A stretch of 64,000 bases of DNA from Minutocellus sp. GHC0000111 (taxonomy: Eukaryota), in NCBI GenBank assembly GCA_977018835.1, contig OZ361259.1:3534001-3598000 (forward strand), in the 5' to 3' direction. A model generated the notes under the pieces. The model saw only the letters and a program-made list of their open reading frames with translations. It searched no databases and was not told the origin of the DNA. Position 1 is the stretch's first letter; each line of letters starts with the position of its first letter. Positions 12,940-23,660 of the stretch are shown one piece after another. The translations under genes and the position numbers were made by a program.

Positions 12940-13270
12940 GGAGGTGGTGGACGAGGTTGCGGTGACAGTGGAGATGGTGGTCGAGATGGAGTTGCCAATA
13001 GTTTTTAGATTCAAATACCGATACTAGTTCATGTTCCATTCAAACCTTCATTAAGGACTAGGAGTAAGCGAGTGGTGGAGATAGCATTTTAGAGATAATA
13101 TTACTAGTTCGTTACTTTATTATCCCAACTACTTTTTGTGCGGCGTAGTCTTTCCTCCTCCTCCCTCTCCTCCGGCCGTTGAGACGATGAGCCCACCATC
13201 CTCCTGCTTTGACGTAAAATTAGAACGTTCACTCTTTGAAATACGATGAATTGATTATACATGTTACCCA

Positions 13271-14016
13271 CTATCTTCCTTCGGCATCGATCGATCCATC
13301 GCCCTTCCCCGTGATGCGTTCCAATAGGGCATCCTGGACCACCACCAAATCGTCCAAGGCACCCATGTCGCTCCAATTTCTCAGCGCCTGTTCATTCAGT
13401 CCTCCCGGAGTTTGCTCGGCAATCAGCTCCTCGAAGGCATCGTCCTCCCGACACCGCCGTTCGGCATCCTGCATCATCCCCCAAAACATCCGGCCGATGA
13501 GGTAGCTGGCATCGGATTTGCTCATGCCGTCGGTGCCATCACTGCCGGCATTCTTCAGCAGCCAATCGCGCGATTGCTTCATCATACCATATACGCTCCC
13601 CATCAGACAAGACGGCACCATCATGGCACTCATTTGTGCTTCGTCGGTAGCCTCGACAACACCACCGAGCGATTCAAGCAACGAAAGCAATTTTCCATTG
13701 TTCGATTTGGGAGTTACCAGGCACACTCCCTCATGCTGCGCCACTGCCGGCAAACAAATGAGTTTGTACACATGTTGGGGTGGCAACGACGTATCACGTG
13801 CCAAGCCCGCAAGAGTACAAGTGGATACCAACGATACGACGGTATGCCGCTTCGAATCAAATTGAAGCGCTTGTAGTATCTCCGACATCTGCTGCGGCAG
13901 CACGCAGACGAATATCAGATCGCATCGGATGACGATGTCTTGGTTGTCGTCGTGCACTGTAACGCTACAAGTAGATGCAACGATAGTAACGACGATCGCG
14001 GAGCACGTGCAGGCAT
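13271..14016 (-). pseudogene. proC: Pyrroline-5-carboxylate reductase-like gene with an internal deletion removing the Rossmann GxGxxG region
   Basis: The motifs DNQDIVIRCDLIFVCVLPQ, VVSLVS and EQTPGGLNEQAL are typical of P5CR. The presumed N-terminus MPARAPRSSLLSLHLLVAL (ATG 14016) is joined out of frame at about 13960, and there is no N-terminal nucleotide-binding strand. Confidence 0.7.
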
Positions 14017-14145
14017 ATCATGTACTAAGTATCGGTGCCGCCGCCTTGGCTTCTTCAAAAAGATGGCCGAGATTGAGATCGAGAATGAGGCCGGCGTCTT
14101 TCCTTCGCCTCTCGTTCGCCAGCCTCTCATTTTTGCTTGGCCAAG

Positions 14146-15578
14146 ATGACGCGACGACCTCTACTTCTCCTCCTCTACCGCTGATACCGCCTCCACCCAG
14201 AGGTCATGACGAGAATCACTGGAAACTAATTAGTCAGGGTGCCGCGTCTCGTCTCTGACTTATCGATAATTATCTCACAATCGTCAGCGGCACAAGGAGC
14301 AGCGGCAGCGGCACGTCATCATCGTCGACATCTCGAGCCGCCATCTGCAAGGAGCGATTTGCCAAGTCGTATCGCCATCCGACTCTCGACGTTCGTCTAA
14401 CCAAAAGTCGCACAAAGGCCGAGGCTCGCTGTTTGACGCGATGTCGCAAGGCTGGAGTTCGCTGTCCGGCTGTACTGGGCGTCGAGTTGGCCGTCCCTAC
14501 AGATGATGCCGGCACTGTTACTACTGTTACTAGTACTGGTACTCTGACGTCTGGTTCAAGTGCAATAATATCTGCAAGTGGAAGTAATGACGGCAACAAT
14601 GCTGACAAATCGGCGCATTCGAACACAAGCAACCAACGAAGTTCCACTGCTACAATCTCGTCCTGCATATACCTTCAGCACATCGAGGGATGTACCGTCC
14701 GTGAATATCTGGAGAAAAGGGCCGGTAGCGGTTCCGCGGAAGATGAGGCCGACTTCACACCCGATCGAGATTCTGACGATGAGAAGCAGGATGCCAATGA
14801 TAGCACATGTATTGGATGGCAAGACGGACACAACAAACGACCCAAGCTCGTACCTTCCGGCAGTACTGGTAGATCTAGTAGCGATGGGACGAGCAATCCG
14901 AATAATAGCAAGACGAAGATGACGCGGGTGGACGACGATGCCATGAAGGTGGCCAGGGAGGTGGGCATTCTGGTTGCGGACATGCACACTTCCAACATTG
15001 TCCACGGTGATTTGAATACCAGTGAGTAAGTTTTGCGTATTTCGCGTATCCCCGGTATTTCTTTGCACCTTGCGTGATTCTCTGGTTTGCTCCGTCATCG
15101 GATTTCATTTGATTTGCAGGTCCCGCTACATCTATCGATATTTTTCTAATGTGTATCATTATCATTCGTTCCAATCGATATGTCTGCGCCCGAATTCAAA
15201 TCTATAAAAGGCAACATTACGATGCGCAATCCACCGTCATTAACGCTGTCGTCATCGATATCAGCATTAGCATCGACATCGGTGGATGTTCATGTAACCA
15301 CCTCCTCGAAAGACTGGATGCCCCGCCTCGTACTCATCGATTTTGGTCTGGCAGGAACGGCCGGCAACAAGGGCGTATCGCACGAAGAGCGGGCGGTCGA
15401 CCTGTACGTGCTGGAGCGGGCCTTTGAGGCGACCTATCCCGGATCCAAGGCGTTGGTCGAGGAGGCGCTCCGTGCCTACAAGGGCCGGTGCAAGACAAGC
15501 GACAGCGTCTTCCAAAGGCTGGCACAGGTGCGGATGAGAGACAGGAAGAGAGAGTGCTTCGAATATTACCGATTCTAG
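14146..15578 (+). pseudogene. BUD32: Bud32/PRPK (TP53RK) KEOPS kinase, copy 1; intron 15022-15210
   Basis: Motifs KERFAKSYRHPTLD, EARCL, IVHGDLNTS|NI, LIDFGL, EERAVDLYVLERAF and RKR are present. The ATG is out of frame with the following coding sequence, and a premature TGA at 14256-14258 sits where copy 2 has TGG. Confidence 0.85.
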
Positions 15579-16002
15579 AGATCTACTAAGCCTACAGCGA
15601 TAATGCAGTTGGATTTATCGTAAAACGATCATAGTGGGGGTGGATCGTTTGTGGAACAATTCATCAAGCAACGCCAATAAACTGCAAAACTACGGTCTTG
15701 GAAACATCCTTTTCCGCGGTACGACCTTGTAGGCTACTCTACAATATAATCTTTTATTTTTAGTAGGCTGGGGGTCCACACACCTAACTACGCTTCTGAG
15801 CACACGCAAGGCCCCTTCTCTGCGGAACCTTAGGCAATGTCGAGGGGTTATCCCCTCAGCTCATTGTTTACTAACAATATCGACATCAAGTCGTTCGGCG
15901 TGATTTTGCCGACAATCCAATAGCTTCCACCTGCTGCGAAAGCGAAAACATGGAACAATAACTATCAAATTCATCCCACCTCCTTTAAATCAATCGCAGC
16001 AC

Positions 16003-16956
16003 CTATGCAGGGGTAATTTTGTACAAATCTGACTCCAACTCAATCTGCCACGAATTCAGCCTGCGCACACGAAATGCAAGGCAGGGGCGGTTGAGTCCTT
16101 GGGGCATGCCGAGGAACAAGAAGAGATCGCCCCCGCTCGGCTTTTCAGTTTGGAGGAACCAATTTATGGTATTATCTTGGATTTTGGCGTAATTCTTTGC
16201 AGGGCCGTCAAGGAGAAATGACAGGCTGCTAAGATTGACTCTCCCACGGGAAATGTAGGAAAAATGCAGTGTTCTACCATTGAAATTTGGCTCGCCATGT
16301 GAGAAGCGAAGAGTTATCGTAGGAGTCGGAGCCGAGTCCTCTCCTGCTTCACCTTTGACCTCCAGTTTCCATGAGAGTCTCACAAGATCTTCTGATGAGA
16401 TCGAGCCAGATGCTTTTCTCTCTTCTTCGAAGTAGCGCAGATACCAGAAGTTGTCGTATGGAGTTACACGCAGGCTGTCTTTCAGCGCCGAACTCCACCG
16501 GTGGGAAAAATCGAACTTGGCAAGCCAACGACGTCGGCATACTTCCTCCATACTTCTTTTCACCAAAGCACGGAGCGGCTTTGACACTAACGAGATGTTG
16601 GAGATGCAGTCCGGCGAGTCATGCAAACATAACACGATGAGAGATATCAACTCCGGAGGTAGGATGGCTTCAGCAAAATTTGAGTTGGACTTTATCTCAA
16701 AATTGGTCGCAGAAAGTCGCGGAATTTTCTTAGCAGGCTCTCGAGGGAAATCCCTACTGCACCCCAGCTGCTTCCCACCAATATAAGACGGGTGAATTTT
16801 CATAAGTTGATTTTGGTCGTCATAAGGAGGGTTGATCCCTTCTGCTCTGGCTGCGAATATCTCTGGGTATGTTGTACTATGGTATGCTGACGGGCGAGAG
16901 TGGTGGTCACAAAGTTTGGGATTTTTTTCCGTTGGCGCGCGCGCGCGGCCGGTCAC
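16003..16956 (-). CDS. F-box-like domain protein
   Basis: LPPELISLIVLCL...ISNISLVSKPLRALV fits the F-box consensus. The ORF is 317 codons and the start is uncertain. Confidence 0.55.
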   Translation of the reverse strand: MTGRARAPTEKNPKLCDHHSRPSAYHSTTYPEIFAARAEGINPPYDDQNQLMKIHPSYIGGKQLGCSRDFPREPAKKIPRLSATNFEIKSNSNFAEAILPPELISLIVLCLHDSPDCISNISLVSKPLRALVKRSMEEVCRRRWLAKFDFSHRWSSALKDSLRVTPYDNFWYLRYFEEERKASGSISSEDLVRLSWKLEVKGEAGEDSAPTPTITLRFSHGEPNFNGRTLHFSYISRGRVNLSSLSFLLDGPAKNYAKIQDNTINWFLQTEKPSGGDLFLFLGMPQGLNRPCLAFRVRRLNSWQIELESDLYKITPA

Positions 16957-17103
16957 AGCACAAGCAAGGTCTGTGCGTACTAGTAGCTACTAGTACGTAG
17001 TAGGAATTCCTACGAGTATTTTGCTGCCTCCGCTCCAGATTCTCCATGCGAGCTCACATGCACACTGGCGGATGGGAACAAAGTCAGCAGGCATACTGTT
17101 GAA

Positions 17104-17712
17104 ATGGGCGATCAACACATCCAATTCCAGTGCAGGAGTTGTTTCCAATGGAGAAATGCATCGTCCAGCGTGCAAATTCCTGACGACAAAACGTTGCTCT
17201 GCTGCGCTCTTTTGTTGGGTGTGCCTTGTGACTCGCAGAAAGAGGATTTCAGCCTAGCGCTCCTGGAAGAGTTTGAGGAGATACCAGATGAGCCATCACC
17301 GGGCAGAGGGCATCATCGGAAGGCCTCCCATGAAGATGAACAAACTTGTTGCGCTACATTCTTTTGTTTTCTTTCAGACTTTCTCCCAACCCCACTCACA
17401 GGAAGAATAAAAATAACCAAGAACTCGAGCTTGCTCCGTGACGCCTTGGTTCGATACAATAAGGCTATTGCGAGCCTTCCGTCGAATGTTGCAAAAGAGC
17501 TGGGAAACTTGGCCCTTTCCAGTGACCCGAAGCATTTCTACAAAGTGTACAACGGTTGTGGATACCTAAAGGATGAAAAGGCCTCAAAAAGCGACGAGGA
17601 AGCGGATTGGTACCGGTACAGTGACAAAGCAGGAGGTAACAAAAAGAACAACTTTTCAAAAACCATTGCAGGCTCAGATTCACTCCTTGAAGTTCTGCGG
17701 AAGTTGTGGTGA
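17104..17712 (+). CDS. Hypothetical protein or gene fragment
   Basis: 202-codon ORF with protein-like composition and no recognised motif. Confidence 0.3.
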   Translation: MGDQHIQFQCRSCFQWRNASSSVQIPDDKTLLCCALLLGVPCDSQKEDFSLALLEEFEEIPDEPSPGRGHHRKASHEDEQTCCATFFCFLSDFLPTPLTGRIKITKNSSLLRDALVRYNKAIASLPSNVAKELGNLALSSDPKHFYKVYNGCGYLKDEKASKSDEEADWYRYSDKAGGNKKNNFSKTIAGSDSLLEVLRKLW

Positions 17713-19493
17713 GGCAGTCGCCGGCGCCGACCTCTGCGAAGGGAAAGGGTGCGAGTTGTCGAGTGCGGCAGCCCAGAACTGTTCCGGCCGATGTCGGCAT
17801 CAAAATGCCGACTTTGGGTAGGTGGTAGAATCAAAAGTAGAGACAGGTCGCCGACTTCTAGACACAATAGCAAGGCTCTATCGCAATTACCATTGGTGAT
17901 CGTATGCCTTTACGTGTCAATGAACCATTGCTCTCTGTAGCGACGATCACCTAATTCCTACTTAGCGGTATTCTTTGCTGATTTGTAATGGGTCATAAAT
18001 AGAATCTATGTTAACGTTTATCGAATTGTTACAAATGAAGAGTCACAATGTCTGTCTTGACATGGCCTACGCGCTACTATACAGCCAGCTATGCATTTTA
18101 CAGTGCCATCTACAACGGCTATTTCTCCGCCGGAAACGTTAAGCAAAGGCTCTGGATGGAACGGAGGAAAATGATCCGAAACTATTCCGGTGACTTTGAT
18201 ACAGCCACATCCCGATTCCAGGTCCTGTTGCCTCCCAACAAAAACGCGGCATTGGAACCAATTTTTAAGGGCGAAGATAAAGATCGATTACCGAAAGGGC
18301 AACACACGCGACGCCACCGTGATTCGTGACATGCTCAACGAGAGAGAGGAGATGCGTCGGCACAGTGCACATAGTGGCTCTTCTTTTCCGTGGAACGTCG
18401 GGTTTGACTCACTTTAAAATAGATTTGTGAATCGGGATCGCAGCTGGTAGCTTATGATACCCAAGACGAGATCACAAGAGTAACTGCTGCCTTTAATGCG
18501 ATTGGTGCTGCGGAGGATTATCGTTGTCGTCCCGCCGCGTACTGCATGCCACCAGAACAACCACCGAACAGATTTTTGGACTAAAATCTTGTCTCGGCGT
18601 CAACAGATTGTATCGACACCGCTACTGCTGCTGCACCGGGCTTGTCCCGTACTGGTCACTGGTCACGCGGTGGCCCGGAATGCGGCTCTCGCACGGCCTG
18701 TGGTCTGGGATTGCAGGGGACTTAACTTCCTCGGCAAATGTATCATTTGCGACCTGCCGAACAGTCCACAATGGCTACAATTGATACACGATAATATGGC
18801 AGCAGATCCTGAGGAGTGCCGGTAACAGCGGCTCCAGTTGATGCAAGGGTTCAACTCGATGCGATCTGGGTTGAACCCGGCCTCGTCCCTCGAGCACTGC
18901 TTATCTCTGAATGTGAGACATGAGGAAAATTCGCCACAACACAATTCGGCACGAGGCGTGAGGAGACGGCGATGGTCGGGCATAATTTGGCGCATACTCG
19001 CTAGTAGAGTATCTTATGTGGGCATTGGATGGTTTGGATTTCTTATTCTTTCGGCGAGACTTTGTGTTCTGGATTTTAACCTCAGAGAGCGAAAAGGGCT
19101 GAAGCAGCACAAGCACGACTTTCGCGATCACGAAAGTCCAAAGAAACCCGGAAAATGCATTCCCCCACCACATTTTTGGCTCATGTTGGGCTCATTTTTC
19201 GAGAAAAGGAAGATTCGTTAAGTGAGTTTGCCTGCCTGTATTGTTTATTTTGCACCTGTGGCATAGATCGGACAGCTTGTTTACTGCTACTATCGTATCT
19301 TTCCATCGTATCTTTCCATTATTATTATCATGGAAGTTTGTTGGCACAAGCTCCTTCACATTATTTCGAGCAAAAGTCGGGACATCTTTTCTCTACCAGG
19401 AAGGATTGACCACCCCACAACCACCATCCGCTCACATATATGTATATTTCGTCGTTCGTTCATCCCCCATCATTTCCAACAGCACTACTCATC

Positions 19494-20294
19494 ATGCCAG
19501 TTGTAACTCGTGCACGTGCTGCCGGCGGTGGCTCTGGTGGTACCGGCGGTGCCGGTGGCGCTGGAGGCGGAGGCAAGAAGCCCAGCAACGGTGGCGATGA
19601 CGGGAAGCCCGCTCTCATCGAGCCCGACGACGAGGAAGAGGAGGAGGAGGAGGACAACAACGCCCGCATCGAAGGCATCGCCGACTTTCTCCGTGGCCTC
19701 GACATCAACAGCATCCCAGAAGACCGTGAGACCCTCGTTGCCACCCTTCGTGGCTTGTCCGACGAGGACCTCAACCTCCTTGCCGAGCATGTCCGCTCCA
19801 TCTGGCAGGGAATGAAGGACCACCAAGCCGAAGTCGCCCGTCGCCAGAAGGGCGTCGGTGCCAACGGCGACAAGGTTCGCGAGCTTCTCGACGATACCTT
19901 CCTTGGGCTCAAGGCGATGCATGAACAGGCTCTTTTCGACCAGATCAAGGGAGAGATCAAGCGTCGCGCCGAGGTCATCCGCAAGGCCAAGCGAGAGGCC
20001 GAGCTCGAGGCTCAGCGCCAGGAAAAGCTGGCCGCCGAGCGCCAGATGGCTCTGGAACTCGAGGCCGCCGAGAGGGAGGCCGCCGAGCGCAGCCGCCGCA
20101 TGGAGGCCGCCGCCGAAAGGGCCGTCGCCATGGCCGAGGAGGCCAAGGAGGACGTCAGAGACCTCCAAGAGGAGATGATCCGTCGCACCGATGGCCTCCA
20201 GGAGCAGGTCAACGACATCCAGGAACAGGTGAACGGGATCCTTCTTGGTACCGAAGAGGAGGAGGAAGAGGAAGATGAGGACAGCGACGAGTAG
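19494..20294 (+). CDS. Hypothetical coiled-coil protein (266 aa) with a Gly-rich N-terminus and acidic tracts
   Basis: ATG at 19494 (MPVVTRARAAGGG...), very high GC3, a long EA/ER-rich heptad region, and a T-rich 3' flank. Confidence 0.7.
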   Translation: MPVVTRARAAGGGSGGTGGAGGAGGGGKKPSNGGDDGKPALIEPDDEEEEEEEDNNARIEGIADFLRGLDINSIPEDRETLVATLRGLSDEDLNLLAEHVRSIWQGMKDHQAEVARRQKGVGANGDKVRELLDDTFLGLKAMHEQALFDQIKGEIKRRAEVIRKAKREAELEAQRQEKLAAERQMALELEAAEREAAERSRRMEAAAERAVAMAEEAKEDVRDLQEEMIRRTDGLQEQVNDIQEQVNGILLGTEEEEEEEDEDSDE

Positions 20295-20531
20295 ACGAGT
20301 GCTCTGTTTCATCTTTTGCGTCTTTTTTCTGTTTTCTTTTTTCTTCTGCTTAGCCAAAAGCACCAATAAGTAGAGATATAAGATAGAAACGGTTGGATCC
20401 ACAACACTACTATACTATACCGTGTATCAAGACTAATGCTATTGATCAAGACGAGCTGAACATCAACGATGCTGTTACAGAAAGCAGGCTATTGGGGCAG
20501 GGGTCTAATGCCGCCGCCTCGACAAAGCACT

Positions 20532-20611
20532 TACTTGCTACGTAGCTCTAGCATGTCTGTTCTATCAAACGATACTTGCTACGTAGCTCTAGCAGGTCTG
20601 TTCTATCAAAC
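20532..20611 (+). repeat. 41-bp tandem duplication containing GCTACGTAGC
   Basis: tacttgctacgtagctctagca(t/g)gtctgttctatcaaac occurs at 20532 and 20573. Confidence 0.85.
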
Positions 20612-21027
20612 CATAACAAACGATAATGAACCTAGGAATCCCTACTCAATCTCGACTGCAATCTACTAGAATCACACTACACGTGTATCGGACAGGCCAT
20701 GTCCCCGAAGCTCACATTCCATGAATGCATGTTTGTCTGGTTTTGAATTGCAGAATACTGATTTTGAATAGAGTGCTATCGGCTCCACCACTACAATGTC
20801 TTTGCAAAATGCAACTGCTTATTCTGACATTCATTCTACATTCAATAATTTTCTTTAATAGATTACCGGTATGATCCTTACCGGTATTGCCGTCATCACC
20901 CCAAAGACATAATGCCGGCATCAGTTCTACCGATGCCAGCAATCGATTGTGCCATTCCTCTTCCACCCCCACTATGATCGTTTTACGATAAATCCAACTA
21001 CATTATCGCTGTAGGCTTAGTAGATCT

Positions 21028-22468
21028 CTAGAATCGGTAATATTCGAAGCACTCTCTCTTCCTGTCTCTCATCCGCACCTGTGCCAGCCTTTGGAAGACG
21101 CTGTCGCTTGTCTTGCACCGGCCCTTGTAGGCACGGAGCGCCTCCTCGACCAACGCCTTGGATCCGGGATAGGTCGCCTCAAAGGCCCGCTCCAGCACGT
21201 ACAGGTCGACCGCCCGCTCTTCGTGCGATACGCCCTTGTTGCCGGCCGTTCCTGCCAGACCAAAATCGATGAGTACGAGGCGGGGCATCCAGTCTTTCGA
21301 GGAGGTGGTTACATGAACATCCACCGATGTCGATGTCGATGCTAATGCTGATATCGATGACGACAGCGTTAATGACGGTGGATTGCGCATCGTAATGTTG
21401 CCTTTTATAGATTTGAATTCGGGCGCAGACATATCGATTGGAACGAATGATAATGATACACATTAGAAAAATATCGATAGATGTAGCGGGACCTGCAAAT
21501 CAAATGAAATCCGATGACGGAGCAAACCAGAGAATCACGCAAGGTGCAAAGAAATACCGGGGATACGCGAAATACGCAAAACTTACTCACTGGTATTCAA
21601 ATCACCGTGGACAATGTTGGAATTGTGCATGTCCGCAACCAGAATGCCCACCTCCCTGGCCACCTTCATGGCATCGTCGTCCACCCGCGTCATCTTCGTC
21701 TTGCTATTATTCGGATTGCTCGTCCCATCGGCACTGCCGGAAGGTACGAGCTTGGGTCGTTTGTTGGGTCCACCTTGCCTTCCAACACCATCACTGGTAT
21801 CCTGCTTTTCATCGTCAGAATCTCGATCGGGTATGAAGTCGGCCTCATCCTCCGCGGAACCGCTACCGGCCCTCTTCTCCAGATATTCACGGACGGTACA
21901 TCCCTCGATGTGCTCGAGGTATATGCAAGACGAGGTTGTAGTGGTGGCACTTCGTTGGTTACTTGTGTTCGAATGCGCCGATTTGTCAGCATTGTTGTCA
22001 TCATTGCTGTCACTTGCAGACATTACTTGTATTGCACCTGAACCAGACGCGTGAGAGTACCAGTGTTAGCACTTGTAACAGTATAACAGTAGTACCAGTA
22101 CCGGCATCATCTGTAGGGACGGCCAACTCGACGCCCAGTACAGCCGGACAGCGAACTCCAGCCTTGCGGCAGCGCGTCAAACATCGAGCCTCGGCCTTTG
22201 TGCGACTTTTGGTTAGACGAACGTCGAGAGTCGGATGGCAATACGACTTGGCAAATCGCTCCTTGCAGATGGCGGCTCGAGATGTCGATGATGATGACGT
22301 GCTGCTGCCGCTGCTCCTTGTGCCGCTAACGATTGTGAGATAGTTAATGATAAGCCAGAGACGAGCCTCGGCGCCCTGACAAATTAGTCTCCAGTGATTC
22401 TCGTCATGGCCTCTGGGCGGAGGCGGTATCAGCGGTAGAGGAGAAGGAGAAGCAGCGGTCGTCGTCAT
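21028..22468 (-). pseudogene. BUD32: Bud32/PRPK kinase, copy 2; intron 21590-21402; frameshift near 22020-22100
   Basis: The QGAEARLW motif is intact, but indels in the Thr/Ser-rich insert shift the frame (ORF 22010-22477 versus ORF 21583-22023). It has the same 189-nt intron as copy 1. Confidence 0.8.
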
Positions 22469-22659
22469 CTTGGCCAAGCAAAAATGAGAGGCTGGCGAAC
22501 GAGAGGCGAAGGAAAGACGCCGGCCTCATTCTCGATCTCAATCTCGGCCATCCACCGATACTTAGTACATGATATGCCTGCACGTGCTCAGCGATCGTCG
22601 TTACTATCGTTGCATCTACTTGTAGCGTTGCTCGTTATTGCATTCGTATCGGTGGTATC

Positions 22660-23351
22660 GTTCGTCCACCCTCAGTCGTCATTCGGCTGCAAAAAGTCGC
22701 TCCTCCAAATGTCGAAGAACCAGCATCTCTGGTGATTTTTTGCCGGACTACAATGATACGTTGCTCGAGTATGGTGTCGATTGGGAACAGTGCTTCAACT
22801 CTGGTGATCCGGTGTGTGGGCTGTTGGTCCTGTTGGGGGATGATGGCTTGGGTAAGGCGGGTTGGGTCGGTAAGTTTGTTGGTGAGTGTGGTCCAGCGGT
22901 TCTGTGACGAGGGCGCCTACTTTGCATGGCGGGCAGAGGATGTTCTTAGTCTTGGTGGGCTTGGTGCAGCCGAAGCAGGTATTTGCTGTTGCTCGTGGGT
23001 GGTGGCGTGCGAGGTTGCAGCCTGGGCATATCAGCGGGGTGATTTCGGATGCTATGGGGTATTCGGCTGGGTTACAGCCGCAGCTGTGTTGGTGGAGAGT
23101 TGCGTTGAGGGTGTCGATCGTTGTCCGGTTAGGTCTGGGGTCGTATATTCGGTGCTCCGCCAGGGGGCGGGCGAGAATGGCATTGGCTAGTAGCTGGGCT
23201 GCGTCACTGATGTGGCGGGCCTTTGAGGTGTCGTCGCTTGCGCGGCGCAAGTCTTCCTCTATAATCGTATTCGTTATCTCGGTGGTGAGGAGGATGATTT
23301 TAAGGTCGTCTTTGGTCCATGTTGTTTGTCCGGCGAGGAGTTGCTGGAGGG
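22660..23351 (-). other. Foreign Cys-rich coding fragment (possible retroelement remnant) replacing the P5CR body
   Basis: The composition is strand-skewed (TG-rich on +). The minus-strand ORF has CPGC, CFGC and CPPC pairs. It is flanked by the P5CR 5' and 3' remnants. Confidence 0.35.
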
Positions 23352-23660
23352 ATTGGAACGCATCACGGGGAAGGGCGATCGATCGATCAATACCGAAGGA
23401 TGATAGTGGGTGGTTGTTTAGCTACGTAGTCCCAAGACGGTCTTAGAGTCTTTACATGACAATCCGATATATGTTTACGTAGCTTTTTCTTTCACACGTG
23501 TTCAGGATGATGGACCCGGACTCACTACTAGGAATTCCTACGTATGTAGCTAGGCTAGAGAGTTTACCGGTATTTGCTTTGAGATAAAACAATTCGAGCA
23601 GTTTTACTTTGATGGTGGTATTACTTGAATTGAAAAGGCGTTCTAGCTATTGTCAAGTAG

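Larger units (their letters stand above)
13266..15644 (+). repeat. Left arm of a large inverted segmental duplication (partner 20962-23411)
   Basis: 13961-15644 is the reverse complement of 20962-22629, with SNPs and indels. 13266-13325 is the reverse complement of 23352-23411. Confidence 0.9.
20962..23411 (-). repeat. Right arm of the inverted segmental duplication
   Basis: Matches the left arm 13266-15644. The central P5CR body is replaced by unrelated sequence (about 22660-23351). Confidence 0.88.

Noticed and set aside
17749..19409. Short ORFs in the inverted-repeat spacer (e.g. 18048-18329)
   Set aside because: They have no recognisable motif or codon bias and may be gene debris, but this cannot be supported.
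13266..23411. The inverted arms as terminal inverted repeats of a transposon
   Set aside because: The arms are host gene sequence with many differences, and there is no target-site duplication and no transposase in the spacer.
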